Of a stretch of DNA of 64,000 bases, positions 27,332-40,409 are shown piece by piece. The stretch comes from the human T2T-CHM13v2.0 reference genome, Homo sapiens, in NCBI RefSeq assembly GCF_009914755.1, contig NC_060942.1. The stretch is one strand, 5' to 3'. The stretch's first letter is position 1; each line of letters begins with the position of its first letter. Under the pieces are notes generated by a model. That model searched no databases. It was not told the origin of the DNA and saw only the letters and a program-made list of their open reading frames with translations. The translations under genes and the position numbers were made by a program.

Positions 27332-27456
27332 GATTTCTTCCAGCCGCTACGCCCCCAGATTAAGAGAGAAAGACAGGCAGACGGAGGATGGGAAGAAGGC
27401 CGGACTTGGCGGGGTCCGGTGCAGGAGGGCGCGCTGGGCGGGCGGCGGGCGGGGCG

Positions 27457-27477
27457 GTCAGCACCCCGGACAGCTCC
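27457..27477 (+). promoter_or_regulatory. RE1/NRSE (REST binding site)
   Basis: GTCAGCACCCCGGACAGCTCC vs consensus TTCAGCACCACGGACAGCGCC: 18/21, both half-sites (TCAGCACC, GGACAG) intact with canonical 2-bp spacer. Confidence 0.85.
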
Positions 27478-27729
27478 CGCCGCTAGATCCTGGGGCCGCA
27501 GCTCCAGCCGCCGCCGCGCGCTCTGCCTCCACAATGCGGCCACAGCGGCGGCGGGAGGAGGAGGGTGAATCCCCGCTCAGTCCATCCCTCATTCCTGTGC
27601 CAGCTCGGCGACGTACACTGCTGCTTAGGGAGCAAAGCACTTCCACCGCTTTCACGCGACGAAGGTCGGAAGAGCAAGAGAGAGAAAGGTAAACTTCCCG
27701 GCAGGGGACAGTGAATTGCTTTTAATTAC

Positions 27730-27766
27730 CTGCTGTGGCTCGTCGCCGTGGATATTGGACTGACAT
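27730..27766 (-). CDS. AKAIN1: Alternative first coding exon (1b) encoding MSVQYPRRRATA(G)
   Basis: - strand ATG TCA GTC CAA TAT CCA CGG CGA CGA GCC ACA GCA G|gtaatt: 37 nt, good CAG|GTAATT donor, same phase 1 as exon 1a so it can splice in frame to the same acceptor; weak Kozak (taaATGt). Confidence 0.7.
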
Positions 27767-27782
27767 TTAAGATAGATTTGTC

Positions 27783-27804
27783 AAAAAAAAAAAAAAAAAA
27801 AAAA
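27783..27804. repeat. A22 homopolymer in promoter/exon-1b 5' region
   Basis: 22 consecutive A, not attached to a SINE. Confidence 0.95.
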
Positions 27805-29089
27805 CTCTAAGAGCTTTCTTTACTCTCGAGGATGACTCTGAGTTCTCCGAGTTGGGCTGGCTCGAATAGAGGGGCGGGTCTGTCAAGTTAATAGGTCCTG
27901 GAGGTCCGTGAGTCCTCTCTCGAGAGTCCCAGTCCTCTGCTAACGTCAGGAAGAGAGCAAGAGGAAGGACACAGTGACTATGGAGCGCTCGAGGAGGGCG
28001 CTACTATCAGGTTCCGCTCCCAGGTGGCAAATCCGGCTCTGAAAGCTCCTAAGCTTGAAGGTCCTCAAGGTCATCACTTTAGAAAAAGCAAGGCCGGCCA
28101 GGGCACAGGAAAGATAACGCATACACCCTTCACAAGGAAGAGCCAACAGAGCCCCCTGCAAGTGTGAGAACAGCCCTGAGATCAATCAAGAAACATCAGT
28201 TCTTCCCCTATCCTCACCCAGCTGAAAACTGTCTGCATGCCCCGCTCATACACCCAGTTCTACCTTAAAGGTACTGGGACTGCCTTATGCTCACTTCATC
28301 CTCCTAATCATTGCTCACTTTAGGTATCTATTCCCTAATAATGTCTGTGCAGTGTGAACAGCCCACACTAGATGTCACCCAGCTTGAAACAGGTCCATGT
28401 GGGTTACAAACCCAAAGCTAAAGCCACCCAGAATCCTCCAGCCTCTCCCCTATTTTTCCAGCTAAATAAGGTTTTCCAAGAACAAAGGTAATCAAGGTCA
28501 TCTCCAGTGTTTTATGGGGTTTCTTCACTTGCAACTATCCCTGGAAAATGTAACTATTCTGAAAATTAAGTATTTCCTGATAATTGGTTGATGGCAATAA
28601 GTTCTACAGTCTTTTGGCAAATATAAAGCATCCAAATAGACTGATTGGCACTGTTTTTTTTTTAAAGCCATCCGATAGACTGAAAATGCAAATAGTTTTA
28701 CAGCTTTTGAACTACAGTTTGCATGAAGGCATATGGGCAGCCTCAACATAATACAATCAGTACTGCTGTTAGCACCTGGCTCAACACAGGCTTGAACATA
28801 TGGGGCCTACCCCAGCAGCAGCAAGATGAAAGTCAGCTGATGGGCAGGATGAAGCGTGTGCATGACAGGATAGAGTTCTCCCATTTTGCCAAGTTTCTCC
28901 AATGATGCTTCACTCTGTCTTCTTTTCTTCATCCCACGGGAAGTGTAAAACAGTATTTAAAATAATTTTGGAATGAAAGGTGTTTTTCTTGTAACACACT
29001 CAAAAGGGCTGTCTTTTACAGCCCTTATGTTTAAATGGGCTTTCATCTCCCAATACATAAACAGTTACCCATGATTAAGTTCAAGGAAA

Positions 29090-29280
29090 AGCAATATAGT
29101 ATAGGAAAAACAACAACAAAAGACTTGAGAATCAGACTGAGACCCAGGTACCACATCCTCATCATTTACTAGATGCATGACCTTAAATAAGTTACTTAAC
29201 CTGTCCTGTCTCATCTGCAATATAAGGATTAAGGTATCTTGAAGGTTTGTTGTAAGGATTAGCTGTGAGATGGATTAACA
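29090..29280 (+). mobile_element. MIR
   Basis: tcagactgagaccc…tgaccttaaataagttacttaacct…ctcatctgcaatataagg. Confidence 0.7.
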
Positions 29281-29386
29281 GATTAATTAAGAGAGAGCAC
29301 AGCCTCAATTAAACTCATTCCAGGAAATCACTGGCACCCTGGGAGTAGAGTACACCCTATGGGAAAGCAAACAAAATATGTTAGAC

Positions 29387-29910
29387 CAGTGCTTCTCAAA
29401 CATTAATGTGCGTAAGAATCCTATGGAGATCTTGTTTTAAAAAAAAGGTTATGATTCAGCAGTGATATGGTTTGGCTGTGTCCCCATGAAATCTCAACTT
29501 GAATTGTATCTCCCAGAATTCCCACATGTTGTGGGAGGAACCCAGTACGAATCAATTGAATCATGGGGGCCGGTCTTTCCCATGCTAATCTCGTGATAGT
29601 AAATAAGTCTCACGAGATATGATGGTTTATCAGTATCAGAGGTTTCCGCTTTTGCTTCTCTCTCATTTTCCCTTGCCACTGCCATGTAAGACGAGCCTTT
29701 TGCCTCTAGCCATGATTCTGAGGCCTCCCCAGCCACATGGAACTGTCAGTCCAATTAAACCTTATTTTGTTCCCAGTTTCGGGTATGTCTTTATCAGCAG
29801 CATGAAAACAAACTAATACAAGCAGTTAGGTCCCGAGATTCTGAATTTCCAACAAGTTCCGTGGTAATGTCCATGCTGCTGGTCTATGGAGTAAACTTGG
29901 TTAGCAAGGT
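29387..29910. mobile_element. MER5-type hAT element split by THE1A
   Basis: cagtgcttctcaaacatt… left part; gagattctgaatttccaacaagttcc…gctgctggtc right part. Confidence 0.7.
29463..29820 (+). mobile_element. THE1A solo LTR
   Basis: tgatatggtttggctgtgtcc…actaataca; TSD agcag both sides. Confidence 0.92.
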
Positions 29911-30378
29911 ATTAGAGGCATCAGCTTTTAAACAGAAGGAAATTACTTGTATCTTTCCCAACCTCAGAGCTTATCTTTTTGAGTTTTAAACAAAGAAGGA
30001 ACCCAGATGGATTCCCATAGACTACCAAGATAAACAGTAGCCAAGATGGTAGTAGAAAGAAAGAATGCCTGAAAATGGTCTGGGGCTCCTTGGGCTATTT
30101 GATTAGCAATAGGAGGTAGTAAGAATCCAGCTCAACAGGTCAAGAACAGAGAAAAAAAAAACAACTCTTCTCACCTCCATCCTCAGCTGTTTTCTGCCCT
30201 TCATCCTCCAATCACCTCTTCATTTTTTTCTACCCAACATCACTAGCCAGAGGACAATATATTCCCAATCCAATTTTCGTGTGCATATATTTTAGTCAGA
30301 ACCATTGTTTTATTTCCAATAAAACCGAGGTACTTCAGTGATTTTTCTATTTTACAGTTTCATTTATTTCACCAGTAA

Positions 30379-30774
<396 letters not shown>

Positions 30775-33084
30775 TAGATTTTTTCTTATGTCTTTACATC
30801 TTAATATAAATGATCAATTTAACAATAGAATGCCTGATAGGAAAATGAAAGCCTCCTCTTATTCTACTAGGATAAGAACAAGATTCTCTTTGATAGACCA
30901 TTTATCCAGTCTTACCCCACAATGAGGTTCTCAATAATATTTTGCTCTCTGTTTTAACACCTCCACTCAGAATGACTCACTTTCTACTCAAACAGTCCAC
31001 TGCATTTGAAGACAGCCATTTGTCAGAGAGTCAGCTACCACCACCATGTACCCCATTCTGACTTTTAGCACTGTCATATCTGGTCAATTATGGGAATAGT
31101 GATAGGAAGCAAGATAGTAAACAAATTTGGGGCATCCACCAGATGCTTAACAGGGTGCTGAATGAATGAGAAGGCACAGGAGGAAAAAGTTTCCTGTGGA
31201 ACCAGTGATTTTACTTGGAAATTTGGGAAAATTTTTAATTAAAAAGTGAGCATGGGTACATTATAAAATAGAATAAAAATGTATGTGATATATAAACATT
31301 AAATTGGAGACCCTAAAGAAATCACCATAGGGAGATTAGAGCTATAACTCTCAGATTTCTCCAAGTCTGTATCCATTCACTCTAACATTCATTTATTATA
31401 CTCTCTCTTTAGAGCTTAAGCAAATAAAAAATGTTGAAAACACATCCTGAAACATTCCAATTGCCCCAGTTATTTGTAACATACCTTGACTCCAGCCATT
31501 CCCTGATTCTTTCCACTGTATGCTTATTTTAAATAGATCATTCAATCCACTAAATTTAAAAATAATTTTAGCATCCCTAAGGAAGTTGAAATAGGTTTAA
31601 AAGAGGCATTTTCATTATAAAGCATTAAACTATAATTGTTTCCAAAATGTTTTGGCTTATAGGTTTCAGTGATTACAGAAATAAAATGATTGAAAATAAC
31701 GATTTTCTTTTTCTAAAAACTGCTGGAAGATGTTGAATTGCACCTAAGGGGGACACAGAAGTGAAGTAAAACAGAAATATAAAAAAACGAATGAGAGAAT
31801 GTGGTACACAGAGAGATGGAAATAGAAAAACTGAATAAGGAAGAAGACTGAAAAACTAATCTTTGTGCTATTCAATCTATAAAGACTTAAAGAAAGTGAG
31901 GTAAAAATAGATAGAGAGAGGGAAATGGCATGAACAGAAAATAAAAACAAAGATAGAAGGTAGGATATAGAGGAATGGGGAATAAAAATCATAACTTACT
32001 ACATTAAAAAATAGAAAATATTAAAGCATATTGCAGGTTTGAAGAGTATAGAACAATGTCTCTGTAGGTTTGCATTTTATGAAGCAGTTTATGAGTCCTG
32101 CTGGATGCTTTAAAAGAGAATATAAAAGCTGTATTTTCTGAAAGTAAAACATCAGCAAAACTTTCTTATTGAAAAAAATTTCATTAGAATAGTTAATATT
32201 TTGCGTTATGTTTATACAAAATGAATATTTTCTTGAAAAAAATGCCTTTGAAGACCTTTTTCACTACCAAAGAGCTATGTATCCATATTCATTTCTGTAG
32301 AAAAGTTTTTCCCAAATCACCAAATGTTATTATTTATTCTATTAGATGACAGGAGATGGAAGATTAGTTGAAGACAACATTGAAAATAAAACCTATTTGG
32401 TTAGTTTATAAGGAGAAGCATAAAGCATTCAACTAACTTAGCTTTCAACTCATATTCAAAATTGTGAATACACATTATAAAACTTTATCCAATAAATTCT
32501 GAATGTATAAATCTGTTTATAGCTTCCACTCTAAGTCAATTTAAGAAGAAACAATGGAAAAAAGTGAAAGAGAAAAATGGAAAGAAAAGAAGTGAAGAGA
32601 GAAGTTAAAAGATGGAAAAGGAATAAGGCAAGGAGAATGAAAAGAGGCAGGAAACAGAAAAAGAAGGAAAAGCATGCATAAGGGAGAAACATACAAAAGA
32701 CAGAAAAGATGCATATTGAGATAGAAGAGATTTAAAAAAATAGGAGAAAGAGAAAAAAGATAATTTTTTAAAATATCACAAACAGGAGAGCCTAAATACA
32801 GTCCAAATTGAGAAACTGAATGCTCTTCTCATATCCTGCTCACTTAGGCTGTATGTTTGAGAGTAAACTTAATCACTATCTTTGGAAACACTTATTAATT
32901 TTAAGGCAATTGTTGAAAGCTCTTCATCTTTATTCAAGGGCTCCATTCAGAATTGGTGAGAGTCATGGTACTCTACACAGGGATTTCAGTGTCGGAGAAG
33001 AATTCTTCTTTAGAATATGATAGCTAAGATCATTGCAATAGTGACTAACTGGTTACTTTTAAGCTTCTATTAAAAATCAACTGA

Positions 33085-34160
33085 TAACATTGAAATTCTT
33101 TGCAACCTTAGGGTAGACAAAGATTTCCTAGATAAGACACAAATAGCATGGGTCATAAAATAAAATAATAGATAAACTGAACCTCATCAAAATTAAAAAT
33201 TTCTGCTATTTGAAAAATGCTGCTAAGAAAGTGAAAAGGCAAGCTACAGACTAGGAGAAAATATTCACAATACGTATATCTGACATACGTATTTGTAACT
33301 CTTGCAATTCATTAAGATGACGACCCAAATTAAAACTTGCCAAAATATTTGAGCAAACACTTCACAAAAGGAATACAATATGAATTGCCTATAAGCACAT
33401 GAAGACTTCTCAACATCATAAACCATCAGAGAAATATAAATTAAAGCCACAGTGAAGTATCAATTACCTACCCAGTAGAATGGCAAGAGTTAAAAAGACC
33501 GACAATGTCGCGTTGATGAGATATGGAGCAACTAGAACTGTATTACATTGCTGGTAGGAATGTAAAACGCTTACATGCACTTTGGAAAACAGTTTTATAG
33601 TTTCTTGTAACATTATATATACACTTCCCATAAGACCCATTAGTTCCACTCCAAGGTGGTTACCCAAGAAAAATGAAAACCTGTGTCCACATAAAGACTT
33701 ACACATGAATGGCTAACAGTAGCTCTATTCATCAGAGCCAAAAAGTGAAAACAACCTAGAAGTCCATCAACCTGTGTATGGATACTCATATTGTGGCATA
33801 TACATGCAACAACACAGATAAATATTGAAAGCACGCTGAGCAAAAGAAGCCAGACACAACAGAGTACAGTGTATGCTCTACAATTCAATTTATGTGAAAT
33901 TCTACAAAAGGAAAAACTAACTTGTTATTGACAGAAAGCAAATCATTGATTATCTGGGGCTTGGAAATTTGGAAAGGTATATTGGAACTGATTAAAAAGA
34001 GACATAAAGGAGCATTTTGGGATAATGGCAATGTACTATATCTTGACTGTACTAGTGGGTATATGGGTGTATAAATATATCAAAATTCATAGAACTGTTC
34101 ACTTATAATGGATGCATTTTACTTTATATAATGCATTACTATAGAATTTCATCTAAAAAT
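33085..34160 (+). mobile_element. Old L1M (MD/ME-like) 3' portion
   Basis: Degenerate ORF2 tail and L1M 3'UTR motifs. Confidence 0.75.
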
Positions 34161-34696
34161 AAGTTTATAACAGTATAATATTTTTGTAAATAAAAATATG
34201 GGTGAGAATATCCAAAACATGGAATATTTTGAGAGCTAACCTTAATTCTAAAGGTATGTTAACTCGGTTTTTCCTAATTTAAAAAAATCTTTTTTAAATC
34301 TAAAATAATTTCACATTTTCTCCTCAACATTTTGGATTATTGTATTTAGCCAATATGAACGACTGAAAAATGAGTAAATAGATATAATATGTTGCAACTT
34401 AATCATTACCATTGTCTTCATTAATTTATTCAGCAAACATTTATTGATCCCTATTATATACTACAAACAGTATTAGATACTGAAGATTTGGAGCAATAAG
34501 ACACAAGTGTACTTTCAAGTAGCTTAGAGTCCAGCGGAAAAAAGAGACAGGAGAAAAAGTGTGGGAGAGAGGAGCAGGGAGGGAAGAACACTGAGACCCT
34601 GCTGAGGCCAGCAAATATTTATCTATGGAGGTGTCAGGTGGCATGGTCATATGAAATCAGGGTACAGATGAGAATGCCACTAAACCAGTGGGATCC

Positions 34697-35104
34697 TGAT
34701 ATAGTTTGGATCTGTGTGCCCTCCAAATCTCATGTTGAGTTGTCATCCCCAGTGTTGGAGGTGGGGTCTGCAGGGAGGCATTTTGTTCAAGGGGGCGGAT
34801 GGATCCCTCATGGCCTGGTATTGTCCTCAAGGTGGTGAGTGAGTTTTCAGGAGATCTGGTTATTTAAAAGTGTGCAGCACCTCCCCAACTCTCTTGCTCC
34901 TGCTTTTGCCATGTGATGTGCCTGCTTCTGTTTCACCTTCTGCCATGAATAAAATCTCTCTGAGGCCTCCCCAGAAGCTCAGCAGATGCTGGCATGATGC
35001 TTGTACAGTCTGCAGAACTGTGAGCCAATTAAACCTCTTTTCTTTACAAATTACCACCCAGCCTCAGGTATTTCTTTATAACAATGCAAGAACAGTGTAA
35101 CACA
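34697..35104 (+). mobile_element. MSTA/B solo LTR (in L2 remnant)
   Basis: tgatatagtttggatctgtg…gtaacaca; TSD gatcc both sides. Confidence 0.9.
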
Positions 35105-36499
35105 GATCCAATTTGGGGAGAGAAGGAAGTTTAGCCAAGAGGGACGCTCTAACAAAGTAAGAAAAATAAAAGTCATTCTGGACTAGAGGTTGTGATGTCA
35201 AAAGTTAAGCTTGATGAAAACAAAGAAGTAAGGCTAGCAGGACTGCAGGCAGGATTTCTGAGTTTAAAGTTTCCGATGCGTAGCCCTTCTGGATGACAAT
35301 AAGGTCTTGAGAGTGGCCTTGGAAGTAAAAGATCCGTGAGAGTGAAGTGTTGGGGCTGTCGAGTCACCTTGAATAATGGGTGGGCACAGAAGTGGAGGAG
35401 AAGACGGTGAAACACACAGCATTCTCTTCTATGAATGGGGGTGGGGGAGGATAGTTATAAATATTAAGTTTCTGCCAGATAAATGTAAGGATAAAAAGAG
35501 TCAAAAGAGTTTTGAATGAGCTAACAATGTTTATGTAGCATAATAAAGTTTGGAAATTGAAATCGATGGTTTTCATAGTCAGTAGTTCCTTTTTTTTTTT
35601 TTTATACCAGTTTTCATAGCAATAGTAGACAAGTAGACTTCTAGGCTGAAACGCATTGTTTCAGGAACAGACTGAGCTCAATTTAGAAAATAAACACTCA
35701 AATTTTTGGCTTCTGAATTTTAAAATATGATCTTCAAATCAGGAGCAGAGACTAAAGTCTTGAACAGCAAGCTTTTCATAAATGCCAGGGTGAGGGGTGG
35801 TGTGGCTGGAGGAGGAGCGGGTAGGTTTTTTAACTCCTAACCTCAAGGGGTCAAAACATAAAGTGTCAAAGAGGAACAGAGGTGACGAGATAAAAGCCAC
35901 AAAAGTATTGCCAGTTTTTCTACCCTGAAGGAAGGAAATGTTTTTTTGTTGTTTTATTTTGCTGGAAAACTCATTCTGTGCTTCAGGGCAAGAGTTCTTT
36001 TTTTTCTTTTTCTTTTTCTTTTTTTTTTTTTTTCCATTTTATGCCTTTCCTCAGAGGTTGTATTTAAACTCAAGGGGGTGAAGCAGCCAATTTGGAGACA
36101 CTGTTCTCCTCAGGAAGTCATGCCATATGACTGTGACTTTGTCTATTCTTTGCTTGTGGAACTTGGTTCCTGATCTATCATCTAGATGTCCACATCTCAC
36201 CCTGGTCCCTGATCCCTCAGAGCTCTGGAGTTAAGAAGGACCTAGAAGGTGGCCTCAAGTTCATCTGCCCAGACACCTACTCTGCTATTGATATTTTATC
36301 TCTCTAGCATCAGCTTGACATTTTTCAAGCTGTATATATTCTTGGAAGTAAAATGAAGGTCTTGGGATGTCTCCAAATTCATCTGGGCCTCCAGTTATTT
36401 TCCCCCTTGAGGTCCCACCTCTCCTGCAACTGACCAACGTTGAGATGTAGCCTCAGTCTGCTTTTTTGGAAGCCCAAACCACCTGCTAAATCTATATTG

Positions 36500-37010
36500 T
36501 CATATCCATCCTTGTCTATGAGAGATCCAAACTCATAAACATGTCCTACAAATTTGATCCGGCCCCTGCCTCATGTCTAACTTTGTATCTCACCACTCCC
36601 TGCTTGTATGTCATATTCCTCTAACACTGTTTCCACATCATCTGATGTTCCTGATCTGGTATCTTTTACCATGCTCTTCCTCCTGCCTGGAATTCCCTAC
36701 TCACATTTCCTCTTCACTTGGCTAATTCCTACTTATTCCTCCAGGCAAGGCCCAGGCCTCCTTCTGGAAGCTTTCTGTGCTCCATGCAGGGTTAAGTGTC
36801 CCTCCCCTGTCTTGCAAGAATCCCTATGTTCATGTCTGTGTGAGTAGTGCACTGGACTATAATGAACTGCTGCCTTCCTTACTAAACTATGAGTTCCTCA
36901 AGGAAAGGTTGGTTATGTCTTATCTTTTCAATCCAATGCCCAGCACTTTTCACAGCACATAATAAAAATTATAAATATTTTAAAAATAAATGTTTATTGA
37001 ATACATGAAC
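36500..37010 (+). mobile_element. L2 3' end
   Basis: cctctgcctggaat-like motif, atgagttcctcaagg…cccagcac…aaatgtttattgaatacatgaa tail. Further L2 remnants at ~34420, 39330, 41260, 43880, 45480 and 47690-49170. Confidence 0.65.
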
Positions 37011-39883
37011 GTTCTAATGAATTCATTTAAATACTATTATTTTTAAGATAGTTTATATAAATGAAACAGGGCTTGGTGAATACATAGCATTGTCTCTGTG
37101 AAATACATATTTTATTATATGTATATAAGGTGTGCATGCATGTATGTATATATAAATGTATTATTAGAAATCATGTGTATTTTAAACAATTTTATGGAAA
37201 TTTTCAAATATATGCAAAAGTAAAAAAATATAATGAACTCTTTCCCCATTTACTCCTCATACAGTGGTGGTATTTAGTACTTTATGGCAAATCTTGTTCC
37301 ATCTATACCTATACCCACACCCAATCTTCCCACCCCCAGATATTTTGAAGTGCACCTCTGATACTATACCACTTCACTTTAAACTATTTCAGTACATATC
37401 TCTAAAAATTAAGGATTTAAATATTTAAATATAATCACACTACTATCATGCCTCTAAAAATTATTCTTAACTGTATCTGAAGGTAATCAAAATTAGTATC
37501 TTTATTCTTCTCAACAACAATATATCCTTAAAATGCTTTAACTCTGATCACACTCTTCTCAACATTTACATATTAGTATCAAATATTTTAGTTCTAGCCA
37601 TTCTCCCCAAAAATTAGATGTTATTATTCTAGTTTTTATAGAATAAACATTTGCTTATTAACCTATATACAAATAGCTAGCTCACTTTTAAAATCCCTTA
37701 TGTATGATCTTTCATAATAAACCCTTAGATCGTGTTTATCTAAAGTGTCTTTATTCCACCACTGTTCTTGAAAAACAGTTTCACTGAGCAGGTTTCTAGA
37801 TTGAGTGGTTATTTTTTCTTAGTACATTAAGCATTTATCTGTTTCTTAGTTTTTGACAGGGATGGATTACACTGGAAAACCCCTGCAGATAACCTCGACA
37901 GAATGTTTCCTATCAGTGCCATCTCTAGCAGCAGAGGTAGAATGAATTCTTCTCTCCACTCAGAATGGGCTCAGGCTAAGCCCAGTGTGCAGATAAAATC
38001 TTAGCTTTCTCAGCAATCACTGTGATCTCATTTCTTACCTAATTTAGATAAAGATGGTTAAATTAAGCACTTTGAGTACCCAGGCTTTTGAAACAGAAGT
38101 GTATGTCCAGGGATATAGTGGTCAAAGAGAAAACTGTGCATACTCTTCCCTTTTTGTCAGAGCCCTGCATCCTCGGGAGAGTTTTCTCTCCAGAAAAGCT
38201 CAAAGCTCTGGCCGGGCCCTTGATGCAGGGAACAATGTGTACACTGCAAGGAGCTGGCAGACCAGTCATAGGATTCTGGCCCTTTGAAGACAAGGTCAGG
38301 CCTCAGGAGCTGTCTCTGGGACTATTGGGGAGCCAGCATGTGCAACCCTCTAATGCTTGCTTCTTTATCTCTAAAATAGCCAGAAATGTCAGATTGCTCA
38401 GCAATTCGCACATGTAATGTGCAGAGATAGAGGATGGTTCAAGACTGTCAGTTCCTAAACCTTCTGATGCTTTTACCTTTGGAATGTCTTTGTTTCTCAA
38501 ATTTGTATAAGAAATCCTGACTATGCACATTTCCCTGACACAAGCATCTGGCACCTTTGCTATGACTATTCAGCATGAAACTGTTCGCTGCTTAATGCAA
38601 TGCTGTAACACAGGACAAATGAGGACAGAAGTGCACAAAGGGATTGAAGTTTATGCTTAAAGCTAAGATAGTGTATGATTTCACCTGTAACTTGCCTTTA
38701 ACTTCAGAAGTTTGGTTGGCATATTCATTACTGAGGGCAAGGTTTTCCGTGAGCTGACTGATGATTACACACATAGGATTCAGAAGTATGTGAAGAACAG
38801 TTCTTTAATTCAGGTTCAAGTTTCCTATTAGCAACCATACAGTGTCTACCTTGAATAGTGTGAAGAGAATGGATTATCCATACTATTACCCTTATACCAC
38901 CTGCTTTTGAAAGTCTTCATCCTCAAGTTAGGGGTTACTCCTGTCCTGAACATTGTATCCTCTTCTGTCAACAGAACCTGCCACTTCTCATTGGCCCTAC
39001 CTTAGTTATCAGCCATTTAGTTTCATCTGCTTTTCCCCTGTGTGTTGCTTAAGGGGCCTCGGCTCACAGTGAGAGCAAGAAATGGATGAAGGAAAGGTGC
39101 CTTGGTCCTGAGTAAAGCCTCAGGACAAAGCATCTTCACTACTAGGGCTTTTTACACAACCAAGAGTGACTTCTTAGCTTAAGGCCCATGTACCAAAGGA
39201 GGCTTTGTCTCTTTTTCTTCTTTGTCTGAAAACCCCAGAGTTAGTAGTTATTAATAAAAACATGCCAATTTGAGACAAAAACAATACAAAGGTGAGAGAT
39301 ATCTGGAGATTAAGCAGTGCTTTTATTTCCTATTCTACAAACATTTTTGAGTGCCTGTTGTGTAATACGCACTGATCTGGTATTCATCAGTGAAAATAAA
39401 GATCTCTGACTTTGTGGAAGTTACATTCTAGCAAGGGAGCTTACATCTTGATATATCAATGTAAATCATGATTAAGTGGTAGGAGAAAAGCCACTGTATT
39501 TGAAAAGAGCTTATTACCAGACACCGGGCCTAGTTCTAGGGTAGAGAGAGATGGGACTGAAAAGTCTTACCTGAATAATTGACATTTGGTCTGAAATCTG
39601 AAATATAAGTAAGAATTAACTACCTAGAATATTTATTCTTTTATCCCTGACTCTCCAAATGATGAGGTGCTAAAATACATAAACATATATATAATAAACA
39701 CAATAAATGTTTAACAAGAGGAATTGGAATAGTAGTCATGGTAACCAGTGGACTACAATCCTACCTGTTCTTCAGATTCCATTTTCACACACTCCAGACC
39801 GCATTGCTGCCTGCCAGCAGGGACCAGAATGTAATTGCCCTGGGAACATTGGCTCATTGGGGCCCCTAATCAACTAATCCCCC

Positions 39884-40409
39884 TGTATTAGGGTTCTCCA
39901 GAGAAAAAGAAAAATTATATACATATATTTATATATATGTATATATATGTAAAGAGGTTTATTATGGGAATTGTCTCACACGCTTATGGAGGTTGAGAAG
40001 TCCTGCAATCTATTATCTGCAAGCTGGAGGCCCAGGAGAGCTGGTGGTATAATTCAGTCCAACCCTGAAGACCTGAGAACCAGGGGAGCCAATGGTGAAG
40101 TCTTGGTCCAAGTTCCAAGGCCTGAGAACCAGAAATGCCAATGTCCAAAAGCAAGAGTGGATGAATGTCCCAGCTCAAATACAGAACACCAGTGTTCCCT
40201 TCCTCTGCCTTTTTGTTTTATTGGGCACTCAGTGGACCGGATGATGCCCATCCACACTGGTAAGGGTGGATCTGCTTTACTCACTCCACTGATTCAAATG
40301 CTCATCTCTTTCAGAAACACCCTCACAGACACACCCAGAAACAATGTTTCACCAGCTATCCAGGCATCCCTTAATCCAGTCAAGTTGACACATGAAACTA
40401 ACCATCATA
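39884..40409 (-). mobile_element. MLT2B (ERVL) solo LTR
   Basis: tgtattagggttctccagaga…caagttgacacatgaaactaaccatcata. Confidence 0.88.

Larger units (their letters stand above)
26460..28060. promoter_or_regulatory. CpG island / AKAIN1 promoter region
   Basis: Abrupt rise in GC and CpG density against AT-rich flanks; multiple GC boxes (26591, 27131, 27447-27457, 27871); contains both first exons. Confidence 0.9.

Noticed and set aside
26469-27692. ORFs of 87-158 aa on both strands of the CpG island
   Set aside because: Stop-poor GC-rich DNA, mutually overlapping, low-complexity R/P/S/G products, no recognisable family.
27915-27925. ctctcgagag palindrome as a BANP motif
   Set aside because: Lacks the central CGCG of TCTCGCGAGA.
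28217-28250. - strand ATG-containing segment with G|gtgag donor as a third AKAIN1 first exon
   Set aside because: Its two ATGs give phase 2 and phase 0, and the phase-1 frame has a TGA, so it cannot encode an in-frame N-terminus; non-coding use is untested.
31760-32760. Hydrophobic ORF and purine-rich tracts
   Set aside because: Low-complexity GA-rich DNA that translates to F/L/S on the - strand.
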